A stretch of 17,271 nt of DNA from an uncultured bacterium (GTDB lineage Bacteria; JAJVIF01; JAPKYR01): positions 1 to 17,271 of the forward strand of contig CBDURU010000081.1 of assembly GCA_965369865.1 (NCBI GenBank), in the 5' to 3' direction. The notes under the pieces were generated by a model. It made no database searches and was not told the DNA's origin. It saw only the letters and a program-made list of their open reading frames with translations. Shown here one piece after another: positions 8,607-17,179 of the stretch. Numbering within the stretch: position 1 is the stretch's first letter; every line of letters starts with the position of its first letter. Position numbers and translations under genes: made by a program.

Positions 8607-8966
8607 CTAGAACTCCAGTCCATTCTTTCTAAGGGCTTCGGCAAATGCCTTGATCTTGCCGAGGTATCCGAATCCGCCGTGATCGAAAACAATGGTTTTT
8701 ATACCGGCTTCCTTGCATTTCACGGCCATCTGCTCACCCACGGCAACGGCTGTTTTCAAATCCCCGCCGGCTTCCTTGAGATCGGGGGTCAAACTACTTG
8801 CCGCTGCGAGTGTGTGTCCGCTGATATCATCAATCGCCTGAGCGTAGAAATGCTTCAGGCTTTTGAAAACAGCAAGCCTGGGCCGTTCGGATGTTCCGAT
8901 AACCTTCTTTCTCAAGCGTCGGTGTCTTCGTAGTCTCAGTTTGCGTTTTTTCGCTGCATCCATCAT
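8607..8966 (-). CDS. rplR: 50S ribosomal protein L18
   Basis: [31 protein letters not shown]-terminal GLEF. Confidence 0.97.
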   Translation of the reverse strand: MMDAAKKRKLRLRRHRRLRKKVIGTSERPRLAVFKSLKHFYAQAIDDISGHTLAAASSLTPDLKEAGGDLKTAVAVGEQMAVKCKEAGIKTIVFDHGGFGYLGKIKAFAEALRKNGLEF

Positions 8967-8979
8967 TTATCTCACCGGG

Positions 8980-9531
8980 TTATGGACCCTGTCCAATTAC
9001 ACTAGTCTTACCGGCTTTACGCCTTACTTGTTCGCCTGCGTAACGAATTCCCTTACCCTTGTAAGGTTCCGGAGGCCTGGTTTCACGCACGATTGCGGCG
9101 AACTGTCCGACCTCTTGCTTGTCAATTCCCCAGAGTGTGATCTGGGTTGGTTTTTCACATTTAGCATCTATTCCATCGGGAATCGTGAGTCTCCTCGGAT
9201 TCGAGTACCCAACCTCAAGAACGAGATCCTTGCCCTGTACCGAGGCGCGGTATCCGACTCCAATGAGTTCGAGTTTCCTTGTAAATCCTTCGCTGACCCC
9301 TACAACAATATTGTTAAGGAGCGCACGGTAAAGCCCGTGATACTTGCGATGTTCCTTAAGATTGGTCGCGCTTTTTACAAAAAGTTTTCCGTCCCCAACT
9401 TCCACTGTAACGGTGTCATTAACAGTAACATTAAGAGTACCGTTCTTGCCCCTGGCCTGGACATCCAGCCCTTTAACTTTGACAGTGGTTCCGTCGGGAA
9501 TCGGGATAGGTAATTTGCCTATACGAGACAT
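8980..9531 (-). CDS. rplF: 50S ribosomal protein L6
   Basis: MSRIGKLPI, GVGYRA, GIDKQEVGQFAA, PEPYKGKGIRY. Confidence 0.98.
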   Translation of the reverse strand: MSRIGKLPIPIPDGTTVKVKGLDVQARGKNGTLNVTVNDTVTVEVGDGKLFVKSATNLKEHRKYHGLYRALLNNIVVGVSEGFTRKLELIGVGYRASVQGKDLVLEVGYSNPRRLTIPDGIDAKCEKPTQITLWGIDKQEVGQFAAIVRETRPPEPYKGKGIRYAGEQVRRKAGKTSVIGQGP

Positions 9532-9552
9532 GGCGATCGATCCTTACACGGC

Positions 9553-9951
9553 CTACCAGACCGAGCAGATCAGCTCACCTCCCAATTTCCGTTTCTTGGC
9601 TTCCAATCCGGTCATAAGACCTTTCGACGTGGAAAGTATATTCACTCCGAGCCCATCGTAAACGTATGGGATATCGTTATGGCCGACATATTTACGGCGG
9701 CCAGGCTTGCTTTCGCGCCTGATTCCCTTGATGATCGGATCCTTCTCGGCTGCATACTTCAGGTAAAATCGGAGCATCTTCCGATTGTTTACCAGGCGGA
9801 TGTCGTATCCGAGTATAAACCCTTCCTGCTTCAGTACGTTCGCAATCGCCTTTTTGAAATTCGAAAACGGAACGTCGCAGGTCTTGTTGTAAATCATTGT
9901 AGCATTGCGGAGCCGGGTCAGCATATCCGCGATAGGATCGGTCATGACCAT
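9553..9951 (-). CDS. rpsH: 30S ribosomal protein S8
   Basis: TDPIADMLTRLRNA, EGFI, SKPGRR, STSKG, GGELIC. Confidence 0.98.
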   Translation of the reverse strand: MVMTDPIADMLTRLRNATMIYNKTCDVPFSNFKKAIANVLKQEGFILGYDIRLVNNRKMLRFYLKYAAEKDPIIKGIRRESKPGRRKYVGHNDIPYVYDGLGVNILSTSKGLMTGLEAKKRKLGGELICSVW

Positions 9952-10021
9952 AAGTTTTCTCTGCTCCTCTCTTTCCTTATTTCACAAATCCGTTGCCGTA
10001 ACATGGTTTTAAACATTCTCC

Positions 10022-10207
10022 TTACCAACTCGCTTTCCTCACTCCGGGAATGACACCTTCATGATATAGCTGACGAAAGCAAATACGACATAAACCAAAA
10101 CGCCTGAGATATGCACGTCCGCGCCCGCAGATCTTGCACCGGTTTTTATACCGGGTCGAATGTCCCTTTCTGCGTTCGTTCCGTGCCAGTACACTTTTCT
10201 TTGCCAT
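10022..10207 (-). CDS. rpsN: 30S ribosomal protein S14 type Z (zinc-binding, 61 aa)
   Basis: RCKICGR...FGLCRICFR...PGVRKASW. Confidence 0.98.
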   Translation of the reverse strand: MAKKSVLARNERRKGHSTRYKNRCKICGRGRAYLRRFGLCRICFRQLYHEGVIPGVRKASW

Positions 10208-10235
10208 TTATTTTTCCTCGCCAGCCTGCTTCTAA

Positions 10236-10901
10236 CTAGGCTCTCGTTTCCTTTTTTTTGAACGGACAGCCCAGTTCACGAAGCAGAGCATATGCGTGCA
10301 AATCATTCTTGGATGTCGTTACTATCGTTATGTCCATACCGCGTACACGGTCCACTTCATCGTAATCGATCTCCGGGAAAACAAGCTGTTCACGAATCCC
10401 GAATGTGAAATTTCCGGTTCCATCAAATGAATTCGGGTTAAGGCCCTGGAAGTCCCTTACCCTTGGCATCGCAATGTTGAACAGCTTATCCAGGAATTCA
10501 TACATCCTGTTGCCGCGGATGGTCACCGATGTTCCCACCGGCATACCGACCCTGAGTTTGTAGGCGGCTACGGATTTCTTGGCCCTCATGATCAAGGGCT
10601 TCTGGCTGGCGATAATCTCAAGATCCTTTACCGCCGATTCCAGTACCTTGATATCCCTCGAGGCTTCGCCGACACCCATGTTGATGACAACCTTGTCGAG
10701 TTTCGGAACCTGATGGGAATTGGTCCAGCCAAATTCCTTCATGAGGGTCTGTACAATCTCCTCACGGAACTGTTTCCAGAGCCTCGATTGCGCCGTTCTG
10801 AGGGGTCGTTCAGGGCCCGAGCCCTCTTTCTTGCCCTTCTTCTTACCCTTCGGGCTTGATCCCTTGGGCTTCTTATTTTTTTCTTTAACCTTGTCGGCCA
10901 T
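10236..10901 (-). CDS. rplE: 50S ribosomal protein L5 with Lys-rich N-terminal extension
   Basis: [50 protein letters not shown] before ATG 10901. Confidence 0.97.
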   Translation of the reverse strand: MADKVKEKNKKPKGSSPKGKKKGKKEGSGPERPLRTAQSRLWKQFREEIVQTLMKEFGWTNSHQVPKLDKVVINMGVGEASRDIKVLESAVKDLEIIASQKPLIMRAKKSVAAYKLRVGMPVGTSVTIRGNRMYEFLDKLFNIAMPRVRDFQGLNPNSFDGTGNFTFGIREQLVFPEIDYDEVDRVRGMDITIVTTSKNDLHAYALLRELGCPFKKKETRA

Positions 10902-10934
10902 CTCTATAATTCCTCTTGCCGGATACTTGCGCGT

Positions 10935-11318
10935 TTATACCTGGTCGAGTGCTTCATCACATGAACGGCAAGCCCTTACGTGATAGCTCTTGGTCCGGCC
11001 TTCACGGGTTTTCTCGATCGTTCTTTTTTTCGGCCTCGTGTGCGCCTTGCAATGCGGGCAAACCACAACGAGGTTGCTCACATGGATAGGAGCGGGAATA
11101 TCGGTTATTCCACCGCCACCGGTTTGCTTCGACTCTCTGCGGTGCTTTTTCATTATATTGATACCCTCGATCGTCACCCGCATTCTAACCGGGTCAACCT
11201 CGAGGACTTTTCCACTCGCTCCGCGATCCTTACCCGCAAGAACGTATACTTCATCGTCCTTTTTGATCCGAAGCTTCGTGGTCTGATCGGCTTTTCTTTT
11301 ATTCCTTGTCGCAACCAT
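10935..11318 (-). CDS. rplX: 50S ribosomal protein L24
   Basis: KOW motif IKKDDEVYVLAGKDRG, EGINI.KKH, APIHVSN, two CxxC. Confidence 0.97.
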   Translation of the reverse strand: MVATRNKRKADQTTKLRIKKDDEVYVLAGKDRGASGKVLEVDPVRMRVTIEGINIMKKHRRESKQTGGGGITDIPAPIHVSNLVVVCPHCKAHTRPKKRTIEKTREGRTKSYHVRACRSCDEALDQV

Positions 11319-11339
11319 TACAATTAATTTCCTTTCGTA

Positions 11340-11711
11340 TCAAAGCACTTCTGGAGCCAGTGACACGATTTTCATGAACTTTTTTTCACGGAGTTCCCGG
11401 CCGACAGGGCCGAAAACACGCGTTCCAACAGGATTCTTGTCGTCCGGCCCGAGAATAACAGCCGCGTTGTCATCGAAACGAATCCTGCTGCCATCCGACC
11501 TCGATTGCTCCTTGTGCGTCCGTATAATGACAGCTTTAACCTTGCTGCCCTTTTTTACGGTGCCGTGCGGGATCGCCTTTTTGACAGTTGCTACTATGAC
11601 ATCACCGATTCGGGCGTATCGCCGGCCCGATCCACCAAGCACTCGTATACACAATATTTCTTTTGCGCCCGAGTTATCTGCAACTTTCAGGCGGCTTTCC
11701 TGCTGGATCAT
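11340..11711 (-). CDS. rplN: 50S ribosomal protein L14
   Basis: [40 protein letters not shown]. Confidence 0.99.
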   Translation of the reverse strand: MIQQESRLKVADNSGAKEILCIRVLGGSGRRYARIGDVIVATVKKAIPHGTVKKGSKVKAVIIRTHKEQSRSDGSRIRFDDNAAVILGPDDKNPVGTRVFGPVGRELREKKFMKIVSLAPEVL

Positions 11712-11764
11712 TGTCTCAAAGTCCTTTTATCCGATTCAGTCCGACTTTCAGTATTCGTCCCGGA

Positions 11765-12046
11765 CTAACGCGCTTTTTCGAGAATCTCTACAAGACGCCA
11801 GCATTTACGCTTTGAAAGCGGTCTTGTCTCTTCCAGTAACACAACATCACCCACGCCGGCTTCTCCCTTGAAGTCATGGGCCAGGTATTTTTTGGTTCGC
11901 TTAATAACCTTGGTGTACAGCGGGTGCTTTTTCTTGCGGTCCACTGCAACAACTATGGTTTTATCCATCTTGTCCGATACCACCCGACCCTTGAGAGTAC
12001 GGCGAACCGGTGCCTTGATATCCGTATTTTCTTTCGCTTCGTTCAT
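11765..12046 (-). CDS. rpsQ: 30S ribosomal protein S17
   Basis: [29 protein letters not shown]. Confidence 0.98.
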   Translation of the reverse strand: MNEAKENTDIKAPVRRTLKGRVVSDKMDKTIVVAVDRKKKHPLYTKVIKRTKKYLAHDFKGEAGVGDVVLLEETRPLSKRKCWRLVEILEKAR

Positions 12047-12053
12047 ATTTACC

Positions 12054-12263
12054 TCAGCGTATTCTAATCGATCTCTGTTTCGCGATTGTTTTCAGCCTTG
12101 CGATCTCACGCCTTACCTGGGTGAATCGCGCCGGTGATGATAACTGCGCTGTCGCGCCCTGGAAACGGAGATTGAACAACTCTTTCATGAGTCCCCTGTA
12201 CTTTTCGTTAAGTTCCAGTTCATTCATATCCTTAATTTCTTCTATCTGATCTCTGGATTTCAT
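12054..12263 (-). CDS. rpmC: 50S ribosomal protein L29
   Basis: [22 protein letters not shown]; position between rplP and rpsQ. Confidence 0.97.
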   Translation of the reverse strand: MKSRDQIEEIKDMNELELNEKYRGLMKELFNLRFQGATAQLSSPARFTQVRREIARLKTIAKQRSIRIR

Positions 12264-12290
12264 CTCAGTCCATCTCCATTATTCCAATAC

Positions 12291-12698
12291 CTATAAACGC
12301 TTCAAAAACCTGGTTTTCATCGGAAGCTTGTGTCCTGCCAGACGCATCGCTTCCTTCGCCATCACTTCCGTAACCCCACCGATCTCAAACATGACGGTCC
12401 CGGCTTTTACTACCGCGACCCAGTGGTCGGGATTCCCCTTACCTTTACCCATCCTGGTTTCAGCGGGCTTCGTGGTAATTGACAGGTGTGGGAAAATCCG
12501 GATCCAGACCTTGCCGCCACGCTTGATGTGACGGGTCATCGCGATACGAGCCGCCTCGATCTGCCTTGCCGTCAGCCAGTGTCCGCTAAGAGCCTGGAGT
12601 CCATATTGCCCGAATGAGATTTTGTTTCCCTTTCGGGCCACACCACGGGGAAATCTCCGGTGGACTTTTCTATGTTTCGTTCTTTTCGGTTGAAGCAT
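12291..12698 (-). CDS. rplP: 50S ribosomal protein L16
   Basis: [34 protein letters not shown]. Confidence 0.98.
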   Translation of the reverse strand: MLQPKRTKHRKVHRRFPRGVARKGNKISFGQYGLQALSGHWLTARQIEAARIAMTRHIKRGGKVWIRIFPHLSITTKPAETRMGKGKGNPDHWVAVVKAGTVMFEIGGVTEVMAKEAMRLAGHKLPMKTRFLKRL

Positions 12699-12721
12699 CG
12701 CTCTGGTTCCTGGTTGAATTT

Positions 12722-13372
12722 TTAACTTTTGTAACCACCTAGGTTTGTTGGGAGATCACCACGATAAATCCAAACCTTGACTCCGATTATTCCATACGTC
12801 GTCCTGGCCATTTCATAGGCATAGTCGATATCGGCGCGAAGCGTATGAAGCGGTACCCGACCCTCGCGGAACGTTTCCATCCGCGCCATCTCTGAGCCAT
12901 CGAGACGCCCCTTGATCCTTATTTTTACACCGAGTGCCTTGTTTTTCATGATCCGGCTGATTGTCTGTTTGCAAACACGCCTGAATCTTTTTCGCTGTTC
13001 GAGCTGCGTCGCGACAGACTGTGCATTGAGGGCCGCTGACAAATCCGGACGGTCCACCGACTGGATATTTATCAGCACCTGGCTTTTGACCATCTTCTGG
13101 AGTACTTTCCGTACTCGTTCGATATTGCTGCCGCCTGAGCCGATGATGATACCTGGCCTGGATGTGTAAATAACGATCTTTACACGGCCGGGATCGCGTT
13201 CGGTGATAATACGATCGACCGCACCGTTGCGGAACATCCTCTTCAGTTCCCTTCTTAAAATCAGGTCCTCATACAATACATCGGGGAAAACCTTCCTGGG
13301 AGCATACCAGTTCGCATCCCATTTCTTGGATATCCCGAGCCTGAAACCTGTTGGATGTACCTTCTGACCCAT
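12722..13372 (-). CDS. rpsC: 30S ribosomal protein S3
   Basis: [37 protein letters not shown] 13372 overlaps the rplV stop (TAATG). Confidence 0.98.
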   Translation of the reverse strand: MGQKVHPTGFRLGISKKWDANWYAPRKVFPDVLYEDLILRRELKRMFRNGAVDRIITERDPGRVKIVIYTSRPGIIIGSGGSNIERVRKVLQKMVKSQVLINIQSVDRPDLSAALNAQSVATQLEQRKRFRRVCKQTISRIMKNKALGVKIRIKGRLDGSEMARMETFREGRVPLHTLRADIDYAYEMARTTYGIIGVKVWIYRGDLPTNLGGYKS

Positions 13373-13716
13373 TATTCTTCTTCTCCCTTCGACCCGACAA
13401 CAATAGTTACATGGCTGAGTTTCTTGTGGATCGGGAACGCGCGTCCCCTTGCCCTGGGTCGAAATCTCTTCATAATTGGTCCACCATCCGCCCATGCCTT
13501 CGTGACCACCAACTGCTCGATCGGGATCGAGTTATTATGATCGGCATTGGCAATTGCTGAATGGAGTGTTTTATATAAAACCTTTGCGTTAGGACTTGGC
13601 AGGTGATCCAGTATATTCAGAGCCTGCTGAGCGTCCTTTCCACGGATCAGTTTAAGCAGACGTCGGAATTTAAGCTCCGATCCGCGAACAAATTTGCTGG
13701 TAGCCTTAACTTCCAT
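13372..13716 (-). CDS. rplV: 50S ribosomal protein L22
   Basis: LIRGK, SAIANA, GP.MKRFRPRARGRA, SHVTIVV. Confidence 0.97.
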   Translation of the reverse strand: MEVKATSKFVRGSELKFRRLLKLIRGKDAQQALNILDHLPSPNAKVLYKTLHSAIANADHNNSIPIEQLVVTKAWADGGPIMKRFRPRARGRAFPIHKKLSHVTIVVGSKGEEE

Positions 13717-13753
13717 TCTTTACTCCTGACCGGACATAATCCGGTCCGTTTCA

Positions 13754-14044
13754 TCATCCCTTCTTGCCAGACTTTACCCTGGCATGTTTTCCGCCGTGGC
13801 CGCGGAATATGCGGCTCGGGGCGAACTCGCCAAGTTTGTGACCGACCATCGACTCAGTGATGTAGATCGGCAGATGCTTACGGCCGTCATGAACCGCAAT
13901 CGTGTGGCCGATGAACTCGGGAACGATCGTACAGGCACGTGCCCAGGTTCGGATTACTTTCTTCTCGCCACCGTTATTCATCAACTCAATCTTCTTGAAC
14001 AGTTTGGCGTCGACATAAGGTCCTTTTTTACTCGATCTTGACAT
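13754..14044 (-). CDS. rpsS: 30S ribosomal protein S19
   Basis: [35 protein letters not shown]. Confidence 0.98.
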   Translation of the reverse strand: MSRSSKKGPYVDAKLFKKIELMNNGGEKKVIRTWARACTIVPEFIGHTIAVHDGRKHLPIYITESMVGHKLGEFAPSRIFRGHGGKHARVKSGKKG

Positions 14045-14079
14045 TGTTTTTCCTGTTTATTCCAGGTTCAAATTCTCCG

Positions 14080-14922
14080 TTAACTACTCCGTCCCTTACC
14101 GCGACGGCGGATAATAAACTTGTCGGTTGGATTGCGTTTGCTTCGGGTTCTGAAACCCTTGGCCTGTACACCCCATGGTGAACACGGTGGACGTCCTGAA
14201 TTCGATTTTCCTTCGCCGCCGCCGTGAGGATGATCGCAGGGGTTCATGACTGTTCCCCTTACATGCGGTCTTTTCCCAAGCCATCGATTGCGTCCAGCCT
14301 TGCCTATTTCAATCGTCTCGTGAAGGAAATTCCCGACAACCCCTACAGTGGCACAACATTCGATGTTAAAACGCCTGAGTTCACCCGACGGCATCCTGAT
14401 CTGCGCCCATTTGCCCTCTTTCGCAAGAAGCTGAGCGTTTATCCCGGCGCCTCGGGCGACTTTTCCACCCTGGCCGGGAATTAGTTCGATATTATGAATT
14501 TCAGTACCAAGCGGCAGCTTGTGCAGGGGAAGCGCATTTCCAACAGCGATCGGCGCATCGGGTCCCGCAACCACTTCATCACCGCGCTTGAGCCCTTCAG
14601 GAGCAAGGATATATCTCTTCTCCCCGTCTTTATAGAAAATCAGTGCGATATTCGCGCTCCGGCCGGGATCGTATTCAAGCCGCTTGACTATTCCGGGTAC
14701 GCCTTGTTTATCACGAAGGAAATCAATCAGCCTGTTTTTCCTCTTGTGGCCGCCACCCCGGTGACGAAGCGTGATCCGACCATGGTTGTTCCTGCCGCCG
14801 GATTTACCCTTGCCGACAACAAGGATTTTCTCAGGTTTATTTTTCTTCTCCAGTTCCGGGTTCACAAGTGTCGTCATGAATCGCCTGGATGGAGTATATG
14901 GTTTGTATTTCTTAACTGGCAT
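14080..14922 (-). CDS. rplB: 50S ribosomal protein L2
   Basis: [46 protein letters not shown]. Confidence 0.99.
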   Translation of the reverse strand: MPVKKYKPYTPSRRFMTTLVNPELEKKNKPEKILVVGKGKSGGRNNHGRITLRHRGGGHKRKNRLIDFLRDKQGVPGIVKRLEYDPGRSANIALIFYKDGEKRYILAPEGLKRGDEVVAGPDAPIAVGNALPLHKLPLGTEIHNIELIPGQGGKVARGAGINAQLLAKEGKWAQIRMPSGELRRFNIECCATVGVVGNFLHETIEIGKAGRNRWLGKRPHVRGTVMNPCDHPHGGGEGKSNSGRPPCSPWGVQAKGFRTRSKRNPTDKFIIRRRGKGRSS

Positions 14923-14967
14923 CGTCTATGCCGCCTTGTGGCGTAATTTTTCAAGTCAAATTAATTA

Positions 14968-15261
14968 TCATCCCAAATCTTCATACAGCTCAGCGATTGT
15001 ATCTCCGGACGCCAGGGTCACGACAGCTTTTTTCCAGTCCGGACGTTTGCCTTTTACACGTAAGTTGCGCGATTTGGATTTGCCCCGGAAATTGGCAGTA
15101 TTGACCGAAATGACCCTGACATTAAACTGATCCTCTACCGCGGCCCTGATCTGGTCTTTCGACGCATGTTTATTCACGACGAACGTGTACTTCCCGTCCT
15201 GCGGGCCAAGGTTTGTTTTCTCCGTAACCAGTGGTCTGACCAGTACTCTGTAAGTTTCCAT
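14968..15261 (-). CDS. rplW: 50S ribosomal protein L23
   Basis: RPLVTEK, YTFVV, AVE..FNV.V..VNT, WKKAVVTL. Confidence 0.97.
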   Translation of the reverse strand: METYRVLVRPLVTEKTNLGPQDGKYTFVVNKHASKDQIRAAVEDQFNVRVISVNTANFRGKSKSRNLRVKGKRPDWKKAVVTLASGDTIAELYEDLG

Positions 15262-15265
15262 CTCG

Positions 15266-15916
15266 TTACACCTGCCATGTCTCGCGGACAGTCTCGAAAG
15301 CAGCTTCGTGCACCAAAACCGTATCGCAATTCAAAAGATCATATGTATTCAACCGGTCAGGCGTGAGAATCGAAACATGTGAAAGATTTCTGAGACTCTT
15401 CCTGACAATATCGAATTCACCATCGTTCGGAACCACGACAAGGAATTTACCTTCTCGATCAAGGGCTTCAATAAAAGCTTTTCCTTTCTTCGTGGATGGG
15501 TCCTTAAGTCCGAGATCGCCGAAAAGGAGCCAGTCGCCATCCTGAATCTTCGACCAGATAAGGTGTCGAAGGGCGGCTCTCCTCTCCTTCTTGTTCATGC
15601 CGATGGTAAAGTTCTTATTTTTCCTTGGACCGAACGCAACTCCACCGCCAACCCAGATGATCGAACGGATCGATCCCGCCCGTGCTCGACCGAGACCCTT
15701 CTGGCGGAACGGTTTGCGGCCGCCGCCCCGGACCTCGGAGCGGGTTTTCGTGTGAGCGACCGGCTGGCGCGCGTTGGCACGCTGTCTTTTAAGACTCCGG
15801 GCGATCAGTACCGTGTCCGGCTTGAAATCCTCGGGAATAGTATCAACGGTCACTTTACCTTTGGACTTCCCATCAATGCTGTATATGCTTAATTTAGACA
15901 CTTTTTTCATTCCCAT
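15266..15916 (-). CDS. rplD: 50S ribosomal protein L4
   Basis: TKTRSEVRGGGRKP.RQKG.GRAR.GS, GGGVAFGP, NKKERR; exact start uncertain (GTG 15919, ATG 15916 or 15910, GTG 15901). Confidence 0.96.
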   Translation of the reverse strand: MGMKKVSKLSIYSIDGKSKGKVTVDTIPEDFKPDTVLIARSLKRQRANARQPVAHTKTRSEVRGGGRKPFRQKGLGRARAGSIRSIIWVGGGVAFGPRKNKNFTIGMNKKERRAALRHLIWSKIQDGDWLLFGDLGLKDPSTKKGKAFIEALDREGKFLVVVPNDGEFDIVRKSLRNLSHVSILTPDRLNTYDLLNCDTVLVHEAAFETVRETWQV

Positions 15917-16548
15917 CACGCACCTTTAACAGGTCTCAGCCTGACCAGAATTCCGGTGGGTCCGGGTACCGAGCCTTTGACGGCGATAATTCCGCTATCC
16001 TCATCGAGAAGCATTATTTCAAGGTTTTTTACCGTCACCCGTTCATTACCCATATGTCCAGGATTTTTCTTGCCCTTGAAAACTCTCGCGGCATCGGTAG
16101 CTCCGGCCGACATGGGTTTCCTGTGGGTCTTGCTCGTTCCATGGCTGGCGGGTGCTCCGTGAAAACCGTACCGTTTCATAACACCGGTAAAACCACGGCC
16201 CTTGGATGTACCCGTCACGTCAATGATATCCCCGACTTTAAGGATGTCCCAGCCAAGTTGCTGGTTAACTTCGTAACCCGATGTATCATCGACAAGCATC
16301 TCGGTCAATCGCTTTCGTGGCTTGCCGTCGATTTTTTTCTGATGGCCAACCTCGGCCCGGGTGAGTTTGTGTCCCTCAACGGGATCCCATCCGACCTGAA
16401 TGGCTGAATATTTATCCGGTCCGTCTTTCGATTTGACCTGGGTTACCGTCAATGGAATCAACTCTATGAAGGTAACCGGGATTCGTTTCCCGTCATCCTG
16501 GAAAATGTTTCCCATCTTTACTTTATGTCCTAAAAGTTCCAGCGCCAT
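15916..16548 (-). CDS. rplC: 50S ribosomal protein L3
   Basis: IPVT, DVTGTSKGRGFTGVMKR, RVFKGK, VKGSVPG; start placed at ATG 16548 (AGGTGA SD). Confidence 0.97.
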   Translation of the reverse strand: MALELLGHKVKMGNIFQDDGKRIPVTFIELIPLTVTQVKSKDGPDKYSAIQVGWDPVEGHKLTRAEVGHQKKIDGKPRKRLTEMLVDDTSGYEVNQQLGWDILKVGDIIDVTGTSKGRGFTGVMKRYGFHGAPASHGTSKTHRKPMSAGATDAARVFKGKKNPGHMGNERVTVKNLEIMLLDEDSGIIAVKGSVPGPTGILVRLRPVKGA

Positions 16549-16604
16549 ATCATTCTCACCTGGGTTGCCGACGCACCTCAAATAACGGCGGTATCAGGCT
16601 ATTT

Positions 16605-16919
16605 TCAAATTTGTATCTCCGCGTCCACTCCACTCGGTAATTCCAATTGCGTCAATTGATCGACCGTTTCCTGTGTAGGCTTCTGAATGTCGATCATTCG
16701 CTTATGCACCCGGACCTCAAACTGCTCCCGCGATTTTTTATCTACGTGCGGCGACCGGTTTACACACACCCTGTGTATTTTCACGGGAAGTGGAACCGGT
16801 CCAACAACTTCGGCTCCCGACCGTCTCGCGGTCTCAACAATCTTCGCCGCTGATTTGTCCAGCAGATAATGATCGTATGCTTTTAATCGGATCCTTATTT
16901 TCTGTTTCGGTTTAGCCAC
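16605..16919 (-). CDS. rpsJ: 30S ribosomal protein S10
   Basis: [38 protein letters not shown] start with GAGGAG SD. Confidence 0.99.
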   Translation of the reverse strand: MAKPKQKIRIRLKAYDHYLLDKSAAKIVETARRSGAEVVGPVPLPVKIHRVCVNRSPHVDKKSREQFEVRVHKRMIDIQKPTQETVDQLTQLELPSGVDAEIQI

Positions 16920-16939
16920 TTTGGCTCTCCTCGATCTCT

Positions 16940-17140
16940 CTACTTTATTTCCTTATGGATCGTATGCCTTCTGAGATTCGGGTTGTACTTTTTCAATTCC
17001 AGACGTTCGGTAGTATTGCGGCGGTTTTTCGTCGTGGTGTAACGTGATGGCGTTGCCCCGATTTTCCTTGCTTCAGTGCATTCAAGGGTCACTACCATTC
17101 GAGCGCTCTTTTTACTTTTTCCACCTTTTTTCTTAGCCAT
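16940..17140 (-). CDS. rpmG: 50S ribosomal protein L33 (zinc-free type)
   Basis: LECTE...[39 protein letters not shown]. Confidence 0.95.
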   Translation of the reverse strand: MAKKKGGKSKKSARMVVTLECTEARKIGATPSRYTTTKNRRNTTERLELKKYNPNLRRHTIHKEIK

Positions 17141-17179
17141 ATCGATACACCTCTGTCAGGCTGGAAAATTTCCGTCCTT

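Noticed and set aside
8597..8692. Longer S5 starts (8692, 8623)
   Set aside because: They overlap rplR; the GTG at 8596 has a well-spaced AGGAG SD
11712..11764. Imperfect TCCGA(C)TT(T)CAG duplication in the rpsQ-rplN gap; possible spc promoter
   Set aside because: Only two short degenerate copies and no convincing -35/-10 pair
13373..13495. 41-aa N-terminal extension of S3 in the ORF track
   Set aside because: It overlaps rplV; the canonical MGQKVHP start at 13372 is coupled to the rplV stop
6222..15780. Alternate-frame minus-strand ORFs inside secY, rplB and rplD (6222-6503, 14096-14284, 15349-15540, 15595-15780)
   Set aside because: Short, nested in conserved genes, with no motif or frameshift signal; the host frames are intact
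16549..16581. MRCVGNPGEND extension on L3 (likewise MRRTNQ on S4 and MRI on L17)
   Set aside because: Longest-ORF artefacts; downstream starts give canonical N-termini, with SD support for L3 and S4
227..16869. Numerous plus-strand ORFs of 60-216 aa (e.g. 8863-9513, 4949-5431, 11374-11871, 8150-8632)
   Set aside because: All are antisense shadows of conserved minus-strand genes and show no recognisable motifs
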